This document shows, piece by piece, positions 1-10,323 of a stretch of 40,649 nt of DNA (position 1 is its first letter; each line of letters begins with the position of its first letter). The stretch is from Catajapyx aquilonaris (Eukaryota), in assembly GCA_000934665.2 (NCBI GenBank), contig JYFJ02003515.1:1-40649 (forward strand). Direction: 5' to 3'. The notes under the pieces were generated by a model. It was given only the letters and a program-made list of their open reading frames with translations, was not told where the DNA came from and searched no databases. The position numbers were made by a program, and so were the translations under genes.

Positions 1-180
1 GGTGCTATCAGCTTACTCGAGTCATACTCCTCCTGAGGACCAAATATGGTTCTCCCGCCTTCTTGGCGCCCGGTTAAATTGTTTTGTTTACTTACATGTC
101 TGCCAAATGGCTAAAAAGGGGGGGCTTTTCCTCTCATAAAGAATCATTAGTGTCGCTATATTTTGGAGACAATTTCTACC

Positions 181-318
181 GGTGACACTACTATCCGATG
201 CCCCAACTGTTCGCTAGAGGGTCTCAGGGACACGGGACATGGGGCCTGGGCCGAGGCATGCCCTATTTGGCAGAAAAGGAAACTCCAGTTGGCCCGCAGA
301 ACCGATTATGGCTACTGA
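181..318 (+). pseudogene. C-terminus of ORF1 (gag-like) of R1/LOA-like non-LTR retrotransposon copy A
   Basis: Manual translation from 181 gives IRCPNCSLEGLRDTGHGAWAEACPIWQKRKLQLARRTDYGY*, a CCHC zinc knuckle. The stop (316-318) lies just past the ORF2 ATG at 308, so the two ORFs overlap. Confidence 0.75.
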
Positions 319-2129
319 CTTCCCGGCGTTGACGATAGGACAGTTTAACGCGGGAAAGGGGAAGGTGGCAACGAGTTTGGGGGTGGAATGGGGAGCTGCA
401 AATGGCCTGGACATTTTGTGTCTGCAGGAGCCCCACATGCACACAGTGCGGAATAAGCGACGTTATCGGACTTATGCGAAGCCGCATTGCGGGGTGGCTC
501 TCGTGTGTTATAATAGGAATTTACGAATTACACATTTGGCTTCTTACTCCGGGGGCACCTTGGAAGCCTTTGCCGTAGGTAGCGGGCCGGGTGAGTTCAC
601 TCTAATTAACCTGTACTTGCCTCCCAGCGAGCGGATCTCTATACTTGCAGAGCTTGATACGGTCTCTTTGCTGAATACCCTGGGTCCGCGGAAGACACTG
701 GTGGTCGGAGATTTCAATGCCCGACTCAGTTTCTGGGGGGACCACATGGATAACAAGAGGGGCAGGGAGGTGTTGGAATGGTCGCTTAAGGGGGATTTTC
801 GGTTGTTGAATGACCCGAGCCAGGGCCCGACCTTTCGTTCCGCAAACGGAGAGAGCTTCATTGATCTTTCGTGGGCTCACGGTATTCCGGTGCAGAGCTG
901 GGGTCAGGTGGATGAGCCATTATACAGTGAGCGCTCTGCGATAGTGACTTGCCTCGGGGACAGTGACCCAATTCCCTCTGGAGGGATGGTCCTGTTTGCG
1001 GGCCGACTGGGTCGAGTTCGAACAATTGGTCGGATCGCGAATACCGGCGTGCATAGAGCTGACGGACCTTACCCGCGAGGACCTGGAGATGCGGGCCGGG
1101 GAGTTCCAATCTCTTTGCCTGAACACGGCTAAGGATTGCATCCCAAAAAGGACGGTTGCTGCGCGAGGGCGTAAATGTCGATTCTGGACCCCCGAATTGG
1201 ACAGGTAGCGCAGAGAGGCGAGACGGGCGCGTCGCAAATGGCAGGCCTCCGGAGGTGGCGGTTCGGGGAGGGAGAGAGGTTCGGAGAGGGAGAGGTCATG
1301 TCTTCTCAAGTGGAGAGCAGCTGCTAGGGAATATAAGGACTCCATAATCCTCCATAAGAGGAAGAGTTGAGAGAGTTTTTGTGAGACGGAGTCATCTAAG
1401 GATCCTTATTCCCTGCCCTACCGAATTATCCGAGATTCCTTCGGACAAAGGGTTGCCGACTCCGGGGGGTTGGAAGGCATTGTGGGCATAGGGATGGGTC
1501 AGCTGGATCAAGCCCTGGTCACGAAGTATTTTCCGGCAGATGATGGCTCTTGGGATCCCTCGGTACTGCTGTCTTATTTGGGAGATGGCTCGGTGGAATA
1601 TTTGATTACTAAAGATGAGTTGCGATCGGTGGTCGAGGACATTAATCCCAATAAGGCCTTGGGCCCTGAGGATCTCCCATTAGCCTGCCTTAAGCGAGTT
1701 TTTTCAGCGGCGGGGACTTACTGGCTGGCCCTGTTGAACTCCCTGTATCGTGGCCACTGCTTTCCGGAGGAGTGGAAACGTTCCCGGGTAGTCTGGATCC
1801 CGAAGGATCATGAGGGGGCGGTGAGGCCCATTTGTTTAGCTCCTGCTTTGGGGCGCGTGTGGGACAGAGTCTGTAACAAACGCCTGACGCATTGGCTGGA
1901 GACGAACCATAAGCTCCATCCTCGGCAGTTTGGTTTCCGGCCGGGTCGGGGGGTGGTGGAGGCCGTTGAGGGTCTGGTCGAGGCGATAGAAGGGGCCTGG
2001 GGAGATGGGAAACATTGCCTGTTGATAAACTTGTATATAAGTAATGCATTCAACAGCGTTCCTCACCAACGGGTTTTGCTGAGTCTGATAAATAAGGGCT
2101 GTCCGAAGGACTTGACGGGGGTGATTAGA
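308..2129 (+). mobile_element. R1/LOA-like non-LTR retrotransposon copy A, decayed ORF2: APE endonuclease, linker, N-terminal half of reverse transcriptase
   Basis: APE motifs GQFNAG, DILCLQEP, NLYLPP, VGDFNA, GPTF..GESFIDLSW. Linker FWTPELDR. RT motifs NKALGPEDL, FPEEWK..VVWIPK, RPICL, QFGFRPGRG, ISNAFNSV. Frameshift near 960-990, stop at 1206-1208; homology ends at about 2129. Confidence 0.9.
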
Positions 2130-2567
2130 TTGGAGTCGTATGATTACATATACCTCTCTGGACTATTTCACGAGCGACTCTATGAAGAACCAACCCATGG
2201 GTGCATATGGCCGTTACAGTGCGTTTGAAACCCTGTAGACAGCCACACAAGATAATACCCCTTGCATTATCTCGCTATGTGGGTTGGAGGTGTATACATT
2301 CGATGACAAGGTGTGTTACCCTATGAGCATCGTACATCTCCGTGGTGACAAGGTGTTTGGTGCACCCTCTGAGCATTATTTGCGAGCAACAAGTAGTGAC
2401 TTGATTTTGGGTATTGTTGTATAGCCTGATAACCCAAAAAAACTGGTTTAGGGGGACCCTTTGCACCATGGGAGTCGCATACAAGATATAAACGAATGGA
2501 GACCAGGAGCCATTTCATTCGCTGTTGAAGCCTAATCGTCTCAACATCCTCATCTCCACAGACCAAG

Positions 2568-3450
2568 ATGGCCAGCGGAAGTCATCACCAGGTTTTCAAC
2601 ACCGTTGTCTCTGCTACAACGATTGCCGTGTCCATCCTCGGACATCAAATGACCGCTATAATCGACAGTGGAGCAGTATCCTCGACCATAGAACACTCCA
2701 TGCTGACCCAGCTGCCTGTTGACCAACGGCCGACGATCAGCCCTGCCCGTTCCATCCGACTCATGGTCGCTGACGGAAGGATGGTTCGATGTCCGTTAAA
2801 CTGGCCCAACCACTTTCGAATTTCGAAATTTCAACGATGCCAATCGTTTGTGCTACGTTTGTGCTGATTTGTGCTCGAATATGGGCGTTTGTGCTGGTTT
2901 AGTTTCAGAGCTATCGCGATTTCAATTTGGTTGGGCCAGTTTAACGGTAGCCCAACCACGTTAAACTGGCCCAACCAAATTCAAAGTGCTATAGCGTTGA
3001 AACCAAGCCAGCACAAACGCTCATATTCGAGCACAAATCAGCACAAACGTAGCACAAACGATTGGCACCGTTGAAATTTCGAAATTCGAAAGTGGTTGGG
3101 CTACCGTTAAACTGGCCGAACCAAATTGAAATCGCGATAGCTCTGAAACTAAACCAGCACAAACGCCCATATTCGAGCACAAATCAGCACAAACGTAGCA
3201 CAAACGATTGGCATCGCTGAAATTTTGAAATTCGAAAGTGGTTGGGCCAGTTTAACGGACATGATGGTTCGCCCACGTGGACTCGTGTCGCTGCCTATCA
3301 CTATTGGGACAATGACATTCCCTTTGACATTGCACGTGGTGACAACATCCATGCTGCCTGTCGTCCTAGCAACCGACTTCCTCCAAACCTTTGAAGGCTT
3401 GTTGGACTACCATCGACTCCTGCTGGTTGGACGAGTGCCTAATGGAGGCC
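2568..3450 (+). pseudogene. Ty3/Gypsy-type retropepsin (aspartic protease) fragment, interrupted by a MITE
   Basis: IAVSILGHQMTAIIDSGAVSSTI (catalytic DSG) ... MVADGRMVR, resuming in the same frame after the insertion as PRGLVSLPITIG...VVLATDFLQ (ILGxDFL-type motif). Confidence 0.8.
2789..3262. mobile_element. 474-bp foldback/MITE-type non-autonomous DNA transposon (Mutator/Foldback-like by TSD length)
   Basis: Terminal inverted repeats atgtccgttaaactggcccaaccactttcgaatt...aattcgaaagtggttgggccagtttaacggacat, extending about 155 bp. Exact 9-bp target-site duplication gatggttcg at 2780-2788 and 3263-3271. Confidence 0.9.
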
Positions 3451-3970
3451 CCACCTACTCCTGCCGCCGCCAGTTCGAAGAAAGCTTCCAAGTCTTGACG
3501 CTGGTGAAGCCTCCTGTCCATGTGCCAACTCTGCGCGACTACTCCAGCCGACGAGAAAGAGGAAGACGATCCTCCAGAGAACGCCAACGGTGTCTCCATT
3601 CCCCCACCCCTGTGGTGGAGGTATCAAGTTCCTCATCGGAGGAAAAAGAACGTCCAGCGATCACTAGCCAGTGAAGCATCTGAGACACTACAACGACAAC
3701 CTGACGTTTCTGGATGACGAGAAGGCGTTTGCTTTTGTTTTGCGGCCTTACGAATGTGTGAAACATTCCATTCTGTTGAATTTTCTTTATGCATTGAGCG
3801 GTGATACCAGTGAGCATTCCGCAAAGTGATTTTTCCTAATGACATCTTGTTTTGAGGCCACATGACGCCGTCTGAGAACTTTTGCCGGGCGTAATTTTCA
3901 TTTGCCGTTATTTTCATTTGTGCATTTTCGGACTTTTACCTTTATGGTGAGCCCAACTATCTCTTGTACA

Positions 3971-4450
3971 TGTTGTATATAGTGACAGTGATGACGTTAT
4001 CGTGCATAACTAAGTGTTGGAGGGAACCTCCTTCGGACTCATTACCAACAAACTGCGTAATGTCCGGTCCACACCGGCCCTTATTCTTGGTCGGGAGGTG
4101 TGTGACAGTTTTGTTTTGAACATTCTATTTATTTTCCTGTCTGTTGACCCACTATTGATTTGTTCCCCTTTCTCACATTATATCCCATCATACACCAGTA
4201 TGCACATGCCCATAATGCCTTGCGGTGCTGCCCTATAAAACAGACACCACCGCCCTGATTCGAGGCCGTTCTGCTCAGCCCCTTCGGGGCAGACAACTGG
4301 CCATTCCCTATCCCAACCTTGCCATCCCTTTTTCCTCTCCATAACAAGGACCGCAATAAATGTTGTCTTGAGCAGAACCCACTTGTTGTTGCTGTTATGT
4401 GTACAAAGGAACTTTTGTCACAGCGGCACACATGGGCGTCGAGTACAACA
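3971..4450 (+). mobile_element. LTR-like sequence (possible 3' or solo LTR of the adjacent Gypsy remnant)
   Basis: Starts tgttgta and ends tacaaca (inverted TG...CA termini), 480 bp, TATAAAA at 4234-4240 and AATAAA at 4355-4360. No TSD, PBS or PPT found. Confidence 0.5.
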
Positions 4451-4670
4451 GAGGAAAGACGGAAAGGGATTATTTCTGCAATATTCCATTCCGGGAAAGA
4501 ATAAGGGCATTCGACTCCCTGTTATTTCTTTTACGGGGATCCCTGTAGGTACGGCTGACCCGGTCCGCGTGTTGGGCATTCAGTTCGATTCTACAGTAAA
4601 TTGTCCTGGATACGTCATGTACGTCAGGCGACGGCGAGGGCAAGGGATACGGCCTCCCGCATGTGGGGTG
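4451..4670 (+). pseudogene. RT C-terminal/thumb fragment of an R1-like non-LTR element
   Basis: VRVLGIQFDST, then after a frameshift LSWIRHVRQATARA, matching the YLGV.LD.KL.W..HV...KA pattern that follows RT domain 7. Confidence 0.65.
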
Positions 4671-5672
4671 GCCTTGACGCCTTGAAAGATGTGGGACATG
4701 CTACGGGGGCCTTTAACTGGCCGGTTTGGCTGAAAAGGAAGGATCAGTTGGTCAGGAGAACCGACTATGGTCAGCAACCGTGCATGCAAAGTTGGGCAAT
4801 TTAACGCAGGGGGTGGGGCTAACCCTACGAACCTGGCCCTAGAGTGGGGTGCGGCTAAGGGGCTGGACGTGTTGTGCGTTCAGGAGCCTCACGTGCCCAG
4901 TTTGAGGCATAAGCATAATCGGTGGACCCACACTGAGGGTGACCCGGTTGCGTTGGTCACGTACAGCAGGAACACGAGGGCGGTGAGCTTGGTGACCCTG
5001 TCCAGCCCTCTCATAAAGGCGTACTCAATTCGTAGTGGGAGGTTGGAGTTAGTGTTGGTGCACGTGTATCTCCCCCCCCCCCCCCCNCGGGGACATTGGG
5101 TCGGCCTTGGCACGACTGGACGAGGTTCTGGCGGCCTGCCCTGGGGAGTTGTGATTGCCGGGGACTTTAACGCCCGGCTTGACCTGTGGGGGGACCACCG
5201 GGATTCGGAGCGTGTGGAGGCGGCCCTTAAGTGGGCCACCCTGGCGAAGCTGCGGCTGGCAAATGTCGCCCCCTGCCTCCCGACCTATCAACATGGATAT
5301 CATATAAGTTGGATCGACCTCGCGTGGTTTAGGCGGGTGGAGAGTGGTGGCTGGGAGGTCTCAGCAGAGGACCTGTGTAGTGATCATCGAATGATTTTGT
5401 TCTGGGTTGAGAGGGATGAGGCGGCCACGGACTCCCTGCATTGGGCGTGGAGACGTGCGCACTGGTCCGACTTGGGAGCAGATGCTAGCCTCGTGGGCGG
5501 AGCGACGGCCTGATCCCGCATCGTTGGGGGTGGGAGAGCTCGAAGCCCTTGCCGAGGACTTTCAGGGGATTTGCTGGGAGGCAGCGGTTGATTGCATTCC
5601 CAGGAGGCGGGTGCGGCCTCAGGCGTACAGCTTCTGGTCACCCGTGTTGGCCAGGTTCCGCAGAGTCACTAG

Positions 5673-6942
5673 TAGTAGGGTCGCTTAACGTCGAATTTCG
5701 CGTCAATGTGGACACACCGGACAAAAGCAACAAAAAAATTTCCCAGGTACTAGTTACGTGCTTAGCTTTCAATTTTTGATAGGAGCCAACTCCTCCGCAG
5801 GCCATCTTGGATTTCACAGCGGCCATTATGAAATATATGCAAATGCCTGAACAAGCTCGGTTATTGCAGGAGTTTCAAGATAACTACATTCCCAATGAAG
5901 ACAAACATTTCCATCATCATGAAGAGGGACTTGCCACACAGACGAAATTCAAGGAACAGTCTATAAGGCTATATACAGTCATAAATTACTTTGGAAATCC
6001 GTTTACAGATGACAGTGACGAGTTATTGACTCTTGACACACGAAATGTTTTAGATGAGAGGGTAGTCAATACGGTGCGGACAGTTCAGAGTGTAGGCCAG
6101 GATCAGTATGACAAGTATTGCAAATCCGTTATCAGTGGTTGTACTCACTCCATTCATGAACCAATTAAGAAGAATTCACATCCTTTATTCACAACTCCTA
6201 CGCAAAAAATAAAGACAAAAGATAAGAGAAACCTATCATTACTTAAGACTGATGTTTCTCTAACTGTACATAGTGATGCAGCATAGGGACAGTGACATGA
6301 CTACATTCTTCAGTCATGATAATCATAATTTCCCCCCCTTCACTCTCTAGCGATGGAAGTCTGCGCTTCGGAAAGAAGTCAGATCTTATGAACATTCTGA
6401 ACAAGGATTCGCCAAATGATCCTCTTGAATATGTTGACGTGAAACTTCTCGATGGAGCCGCTGTTGTGCATATCCTCCCCCCAACTCCCAACATTGTCAC
6501 ATTTGATGGTCATGCTGATGATGTATTCATTCCACACATCAATAAACTATTAGAACTTATTAGAACTTGGCACTCCACCCTTACACAGAACTTGATATTG
6601 ATGATCAATATTTTCAACTACTAGAACGCTTAACCGTGATTTTGTATGATAAGAACTGTGAACTGGACAATGTGAATGAAGCCAGGAAGCTGTTCTGTCA
6701 GAAGAGTAAGTCAATGGAGGCCCCAAATAGGTATATTTCGACACCAAGCTTGTGATCCTAAGTGATTTAGAAGAAATCGATAATTTGCCTATATTTCAAA
6801 ATGGCCGCTGTGAAATCCAAGATGGCCGACGGAGGAGTTGGCTCCTATCAAAAATTGAAATCTAAGTACCTAACTAGTACCTGGGAAAAATTTGGTGCTT
6901 TTGTCCGGTGTGTCCACATTTTCACGATAAGCTGCTCCACTC
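5673..6942 (+). mobile_element. Internally deleted Academ-like DNA transposon carrying transposase/XPG(PIN)-like fragments
   Basis: About 140-bp inverted repeats (5705-5843 vs 6785-6920). Left terminus begins TAG; candidate 3-bp TSD tag (5670-5672 / 6943-6945). Internal peptides GNPF..DELL, PPSLSSDGSLRFGKKSDL, LLDGAAVVH, LERLTVILY...VNEARKLF resemble the Academ-associated XPG-like region. Host linker is continuous across it. Confidence 0.75.
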
Positions 6943-7705
6943 TAGGTAGGGCGCTGCGACGTAGTTACTAGGCCGTACGGGGTTTGGACCCGCATAGAGA
7001 GGAGCGGAGGCTGCAGGCGTCAATCGCGTCGAGAGTACAACAGGGCCCTTAAGGAACATAATATTGCGAGTTGGCGGCGCTACTGCGAGGAGGCGTCGGA
7101 AAAGGACCCCTTTTCGGTTCCTCACCGCATACTTCGGGCAGAGGATAGAGACCTCCGGAGGGGACGAGACGGGGGGCGGCGGATCTGGACAGCCTTGATC
7201 GCGAGTGGGTGGAGCGCCACTTTCCTAGGGATGATGGGTCTTGGAACCCCGCGGCCTACGATGGATCGGGCAGTGAGGAGCCCCGATCTTGCCGCAAGGG
7301 CTGCGTGGGAGACTCGGCGCGCGTTGAGGGACAACGGGGGCTGTGCCTCCTCCCTGGGCACAGACGTGGCCGCCTTTCCCTCTTGGCGACGATATCGGGG
7401 TGAGATTTTGCATTTGTCCCCAGACATGAGCCCGGTGGACATGGAGTTGTACACAGATTGATCCCTATTTGCCGGAGGGGAAGGTACCGGCGGTGCCGTC
7501 GTGTGCTTCGACTCTGACGGGACGGAGCGTTACAGGGAGGGCATCTCCTATGAGGATAATACGTCGATCTTTCAGGCGGAGCTGGGGTCGATCGTGAGGG
7601 GCCTGGAGTGGCTGGAGGAATCGGGCGGATGGACCACGGCCCACCTAGTTTCGGACTCAAACTCAGCCCTCCAGGCTCTTTGCAGCCCTAGCAGTACACA
7701 GGCCT

Positions 7706-10113
7706 GTGAGCCACACGACTGGGAAAAAGTCTGCAACTTAATCCCAATCAGAAAGGGTTTACCGAGGGTCAGGAGCTGTCCAGAAACATAGGGGTGTTAA
7801 AAGAAATGATAACGCAGGTGAAGGCTACCAGGCAGGAGTTGTCGATGGTGAGCCTGGATCTTCAGGCAGCCTTCGATTCGGTAGATCAACACCTGTATCA
7901 GGCAATGTAGTATGCTAATCTCCCGGACGGGTTCCGTCAGATCGTTCGCGATCTATACCAATTCACATGGACCCCGTTCAAAGTCAAAAAGAAAATTAAA
8001 AAGATTACATTCAAAGGGGTGTTAAACAGGGTGACCCGCTCTCCCCGCTATTGTTCAACATTTGTCTCGATGGCCTGTTGAATGCGGTGTGTGATGCCGA
8101 TGAAGGGGTTTGGCGGGGAGAAGCCTCGGCGGGTGCCTTAGGCTTTGCAGACGATATGGTGCTGTTGGCACCTACGATTAAAGACATGAAGTCTCTTTTG
8201 GCTATCACTAAATCATTTTTAGATTGGTCGGGATTACGGCTCAACGTCTCTAAATGCGCCCAGTTTGGGGTGGAAGGATTTGGCAGAACCTATTTCATTA
8301 AAGATTGTAAATTGATGTTCGAGGGCTCAAGGATCCCCTGTGTGGGACCGGAAGATAAATTCAGATATTTAGGGGCCAAAATCTACCCCTGGAGAGATGA
8401 CAAGTTTGAAGACGTTTATGAAACGCTTCAACGGGGAATCGAGATTATTGGGAAAGCCAAATTGAAGCCGAGCCAAAAACTAGGAATCTTAAAAACTTGT
8501 TTGATTCCCAGATTTATATACAGATGTACTGTGCACATACCCCCTACCCAGGGACTGTTACATGCGATGGATAGCGTTGCTGCTAAGTTCGCAAAGCAAT
8601 GGGTCCACTTGCACCACAGTACGACCAATGGGATGCTGTACTGTTGGCAGAATGACGGTGGTCTTGGGATCCCACACCTTCAGAGTGTTGGTTCCCCGAG
8701 TTATTGTCAGAAGACTTGAAAATATAAAAGAAGGCGAGGATCCTCTTTGGGACTCGGTAGCTGACAAAGACAAAGTCGACCGGTGGATAGGAAAGTGCCA
8801 CCAAATAGCTGGCAAGGCGGGGTTTGACTTTCGTCAGTATCACTTAGAACGATGGCAGGGACCGAGAGTCCAGGGTTGTTTTGCGAGGCATAGTGGTGGG
8901 AACGCGACCTTCCATTGGTGGTTGAAAACGAAACTTGGGGTTCCCACCGGTATTAAACCTGGTAGGTGGTGTGCGGCATTGCGCATTACAAATTAGAATG
9001 AATACTTATCCGACTAGAGAGGCGATGGCGCGTGGGCGCGGGCCAAATCCAATAGGAAATGCAGGCGATGTGGATGGGGTGTAGAATCTATCGGGCACAT
9101 CTCTGGCTGGTGCTTCCAATTGAAGGATCAGAGGATTAGAAGGCACAACAGGGTGCAGTAGGCTATTGTGCAAGCCTTGAGGAAGAAAGGGCTTAGAGTA
9201 GATGAGAATATACAGATACGGGTTGGCTGGCGTCAAATACATACCAGATGCGGTAGTGTATGATGGGGTGCAGGAGAAATTGTATATCCTGGATGTTACG
9301 ATTCATGGTGAAACGGGTGATGCCCTGGCTCTGGCAAACTTAGAGAAAGAAAGAAAATATTTACCGCTTATAAAAGTCCTGGATGAAGAATATGGAGCGG
9401 TAGAAGTTAATTTGTGGGGCCTAGCGTATGGGATGACTGGAATAGTGCCTAACGAGACTAAAAGGAGACTAAACGCTCTTGGTATTGGCACAAAAAGGCT
9501 TCATCAGAATCTTAGTAGAGGGATTACGGAGTACACTATAAGTTTGATGCAGATGTTTATGGATATGTAGGATCGGAGGAAAGAAATATTGGAGATTAGT
9601 GGGTAGGGTTTACACGTGGGTGTTCCCCTTTGACCCCTTGTCCTATCTATGGCCGTGGGGCCTCTCTCTCCCTTCCTTACAGTCCAGTCCGTTCTACCCG
9701 TCATATATATGCCTTCTATTTCACATCCTGGTCCCAACACAAGCCGAAATCGATTCAAGGCTCGGACATGATCCTATCGACGAAAAGAGAAACTTTTGCC
9801 CATGTTTATTGCTGAGTCGATAGGACAAGGAATGTGTAGCTGGGGGGCTGTGACCAACCATGTCTGGCCCAACCAGAAGTAAAATAGTTTTTGATGTTAA
9901 GTTATTTTATTTGAAGTTTATTTTCTGTTTTCTTTGAGAGTATATCGTTGTTGAAGATGTAGAGTCTAATTTGTAGTTAGAACCTTGTGTTGTCTTTCCC
10001 CCTTTCCCTTTTATGATTTGAGGTTTTCCTCAGTTATTGTTATGCTGTAACCTGCAGCTAATCAGGGAAAATCCAGAGTAAGAGCCGCCCTTCAATGGGT
10101 AGGCGACAGTCCG
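7706..10113 (+). mobile_element. 5'-truncated, decayed R2-clade non-LTR retrotransposon (RT, CCHC knuckle, restriction-like endonuclease, ~540-nt 3' UTR)
   Basis: RT motifs NQKGF, LDLQAAFDSV, QGDPLSPLLFN, GFADDMVL, GLRLNVSKC, FRYLG, LKPSQK, DGGLGIP. Knuckle CRRCGWGVESIGHISGWC, then RHN, IPD..ILDVTI, KERKY (RLE). ORF stops at 9570. Several stops and frameshifts. Confidence 0.9.
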
Positions 10114-10140
10114 TAGTCAAATGCCTCGTCGCCTAATTAG
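10114..10140 (+). other. 27-nt 28S rDNA-derived R2 target sequence at the R2 3' junction (not an rRNA gene)
   Basis: tagtcaaatgcctcgtcgcctaattag matches the conserved 28S sequence immediately 3' of the R2 insertion site (TAGCCAAATGCCTCGTCATCTAATTAG) at 24/27 positions. No other rDNA was recognised in the window. Confidence 0.85.
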
Positions 10141-10323
10141 CCTTTTGGCCGCCAAGGTCCAGGTGATGCTTAGCGCCATGGAGGGGCGCACCACCATTAG
10201 ATGGGTTAAGGCCCATGCGGGAACTGCCGGGAATGAGGCGGCCGACCAGTTGGCGGGTGAGGCGGACAGGATGCACAATGATTGCCAGCACGTGGTCAAA
10301 TTGGTCAAGTTGCGTGACGCTGC

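Larger units (their letters stand above)
4671..10270 (+). mobile_element. R1/LOA-like non-LTR retrotransposon copy B (ORF1 tail, APE, linker, RNase H; RT deleted), host to two nested insertions
   Basis: ORF1 tail GH..WLKRKDQLVRRTDYG. APE 4767-5400 (GQFN, DVLCVQEP, VYLPP, AGDFNA, WIDL, SDHRMI). Linker FWSPVLAR continues after the Academ insert (SWRRYCEEASEKDPF). RNase H LYTD, SIFQAELGSI, SDSNSALQAL (7440-7700) is completed by WVKAHAGTAGNEAADQLA (10200-10255). Confidence 0.85.

Noticed and set aside
2789..3262. Possible CRISPR-like array
   Set aside because: Units are near-identical along their length, occur in both orientations, have no unique spacers and are bounded by TIRs and a TSD; eukaryotic context, no cas genes.
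5072..5087. Poly-C/G runs, some containing n (also ~11726-11740, 24451-24468, 28550-28588), giving poly-Pro/Gly ORFs
   Set aside because: Homopolymer length is unreliable and the ambiguous bases suggest assembly joins; not treated as coding or as G-quadruplex signals.
10114..10140. 28S rRNA gene
   Set aside because: Only 27 nt match; both flanks are retroelement sequence.
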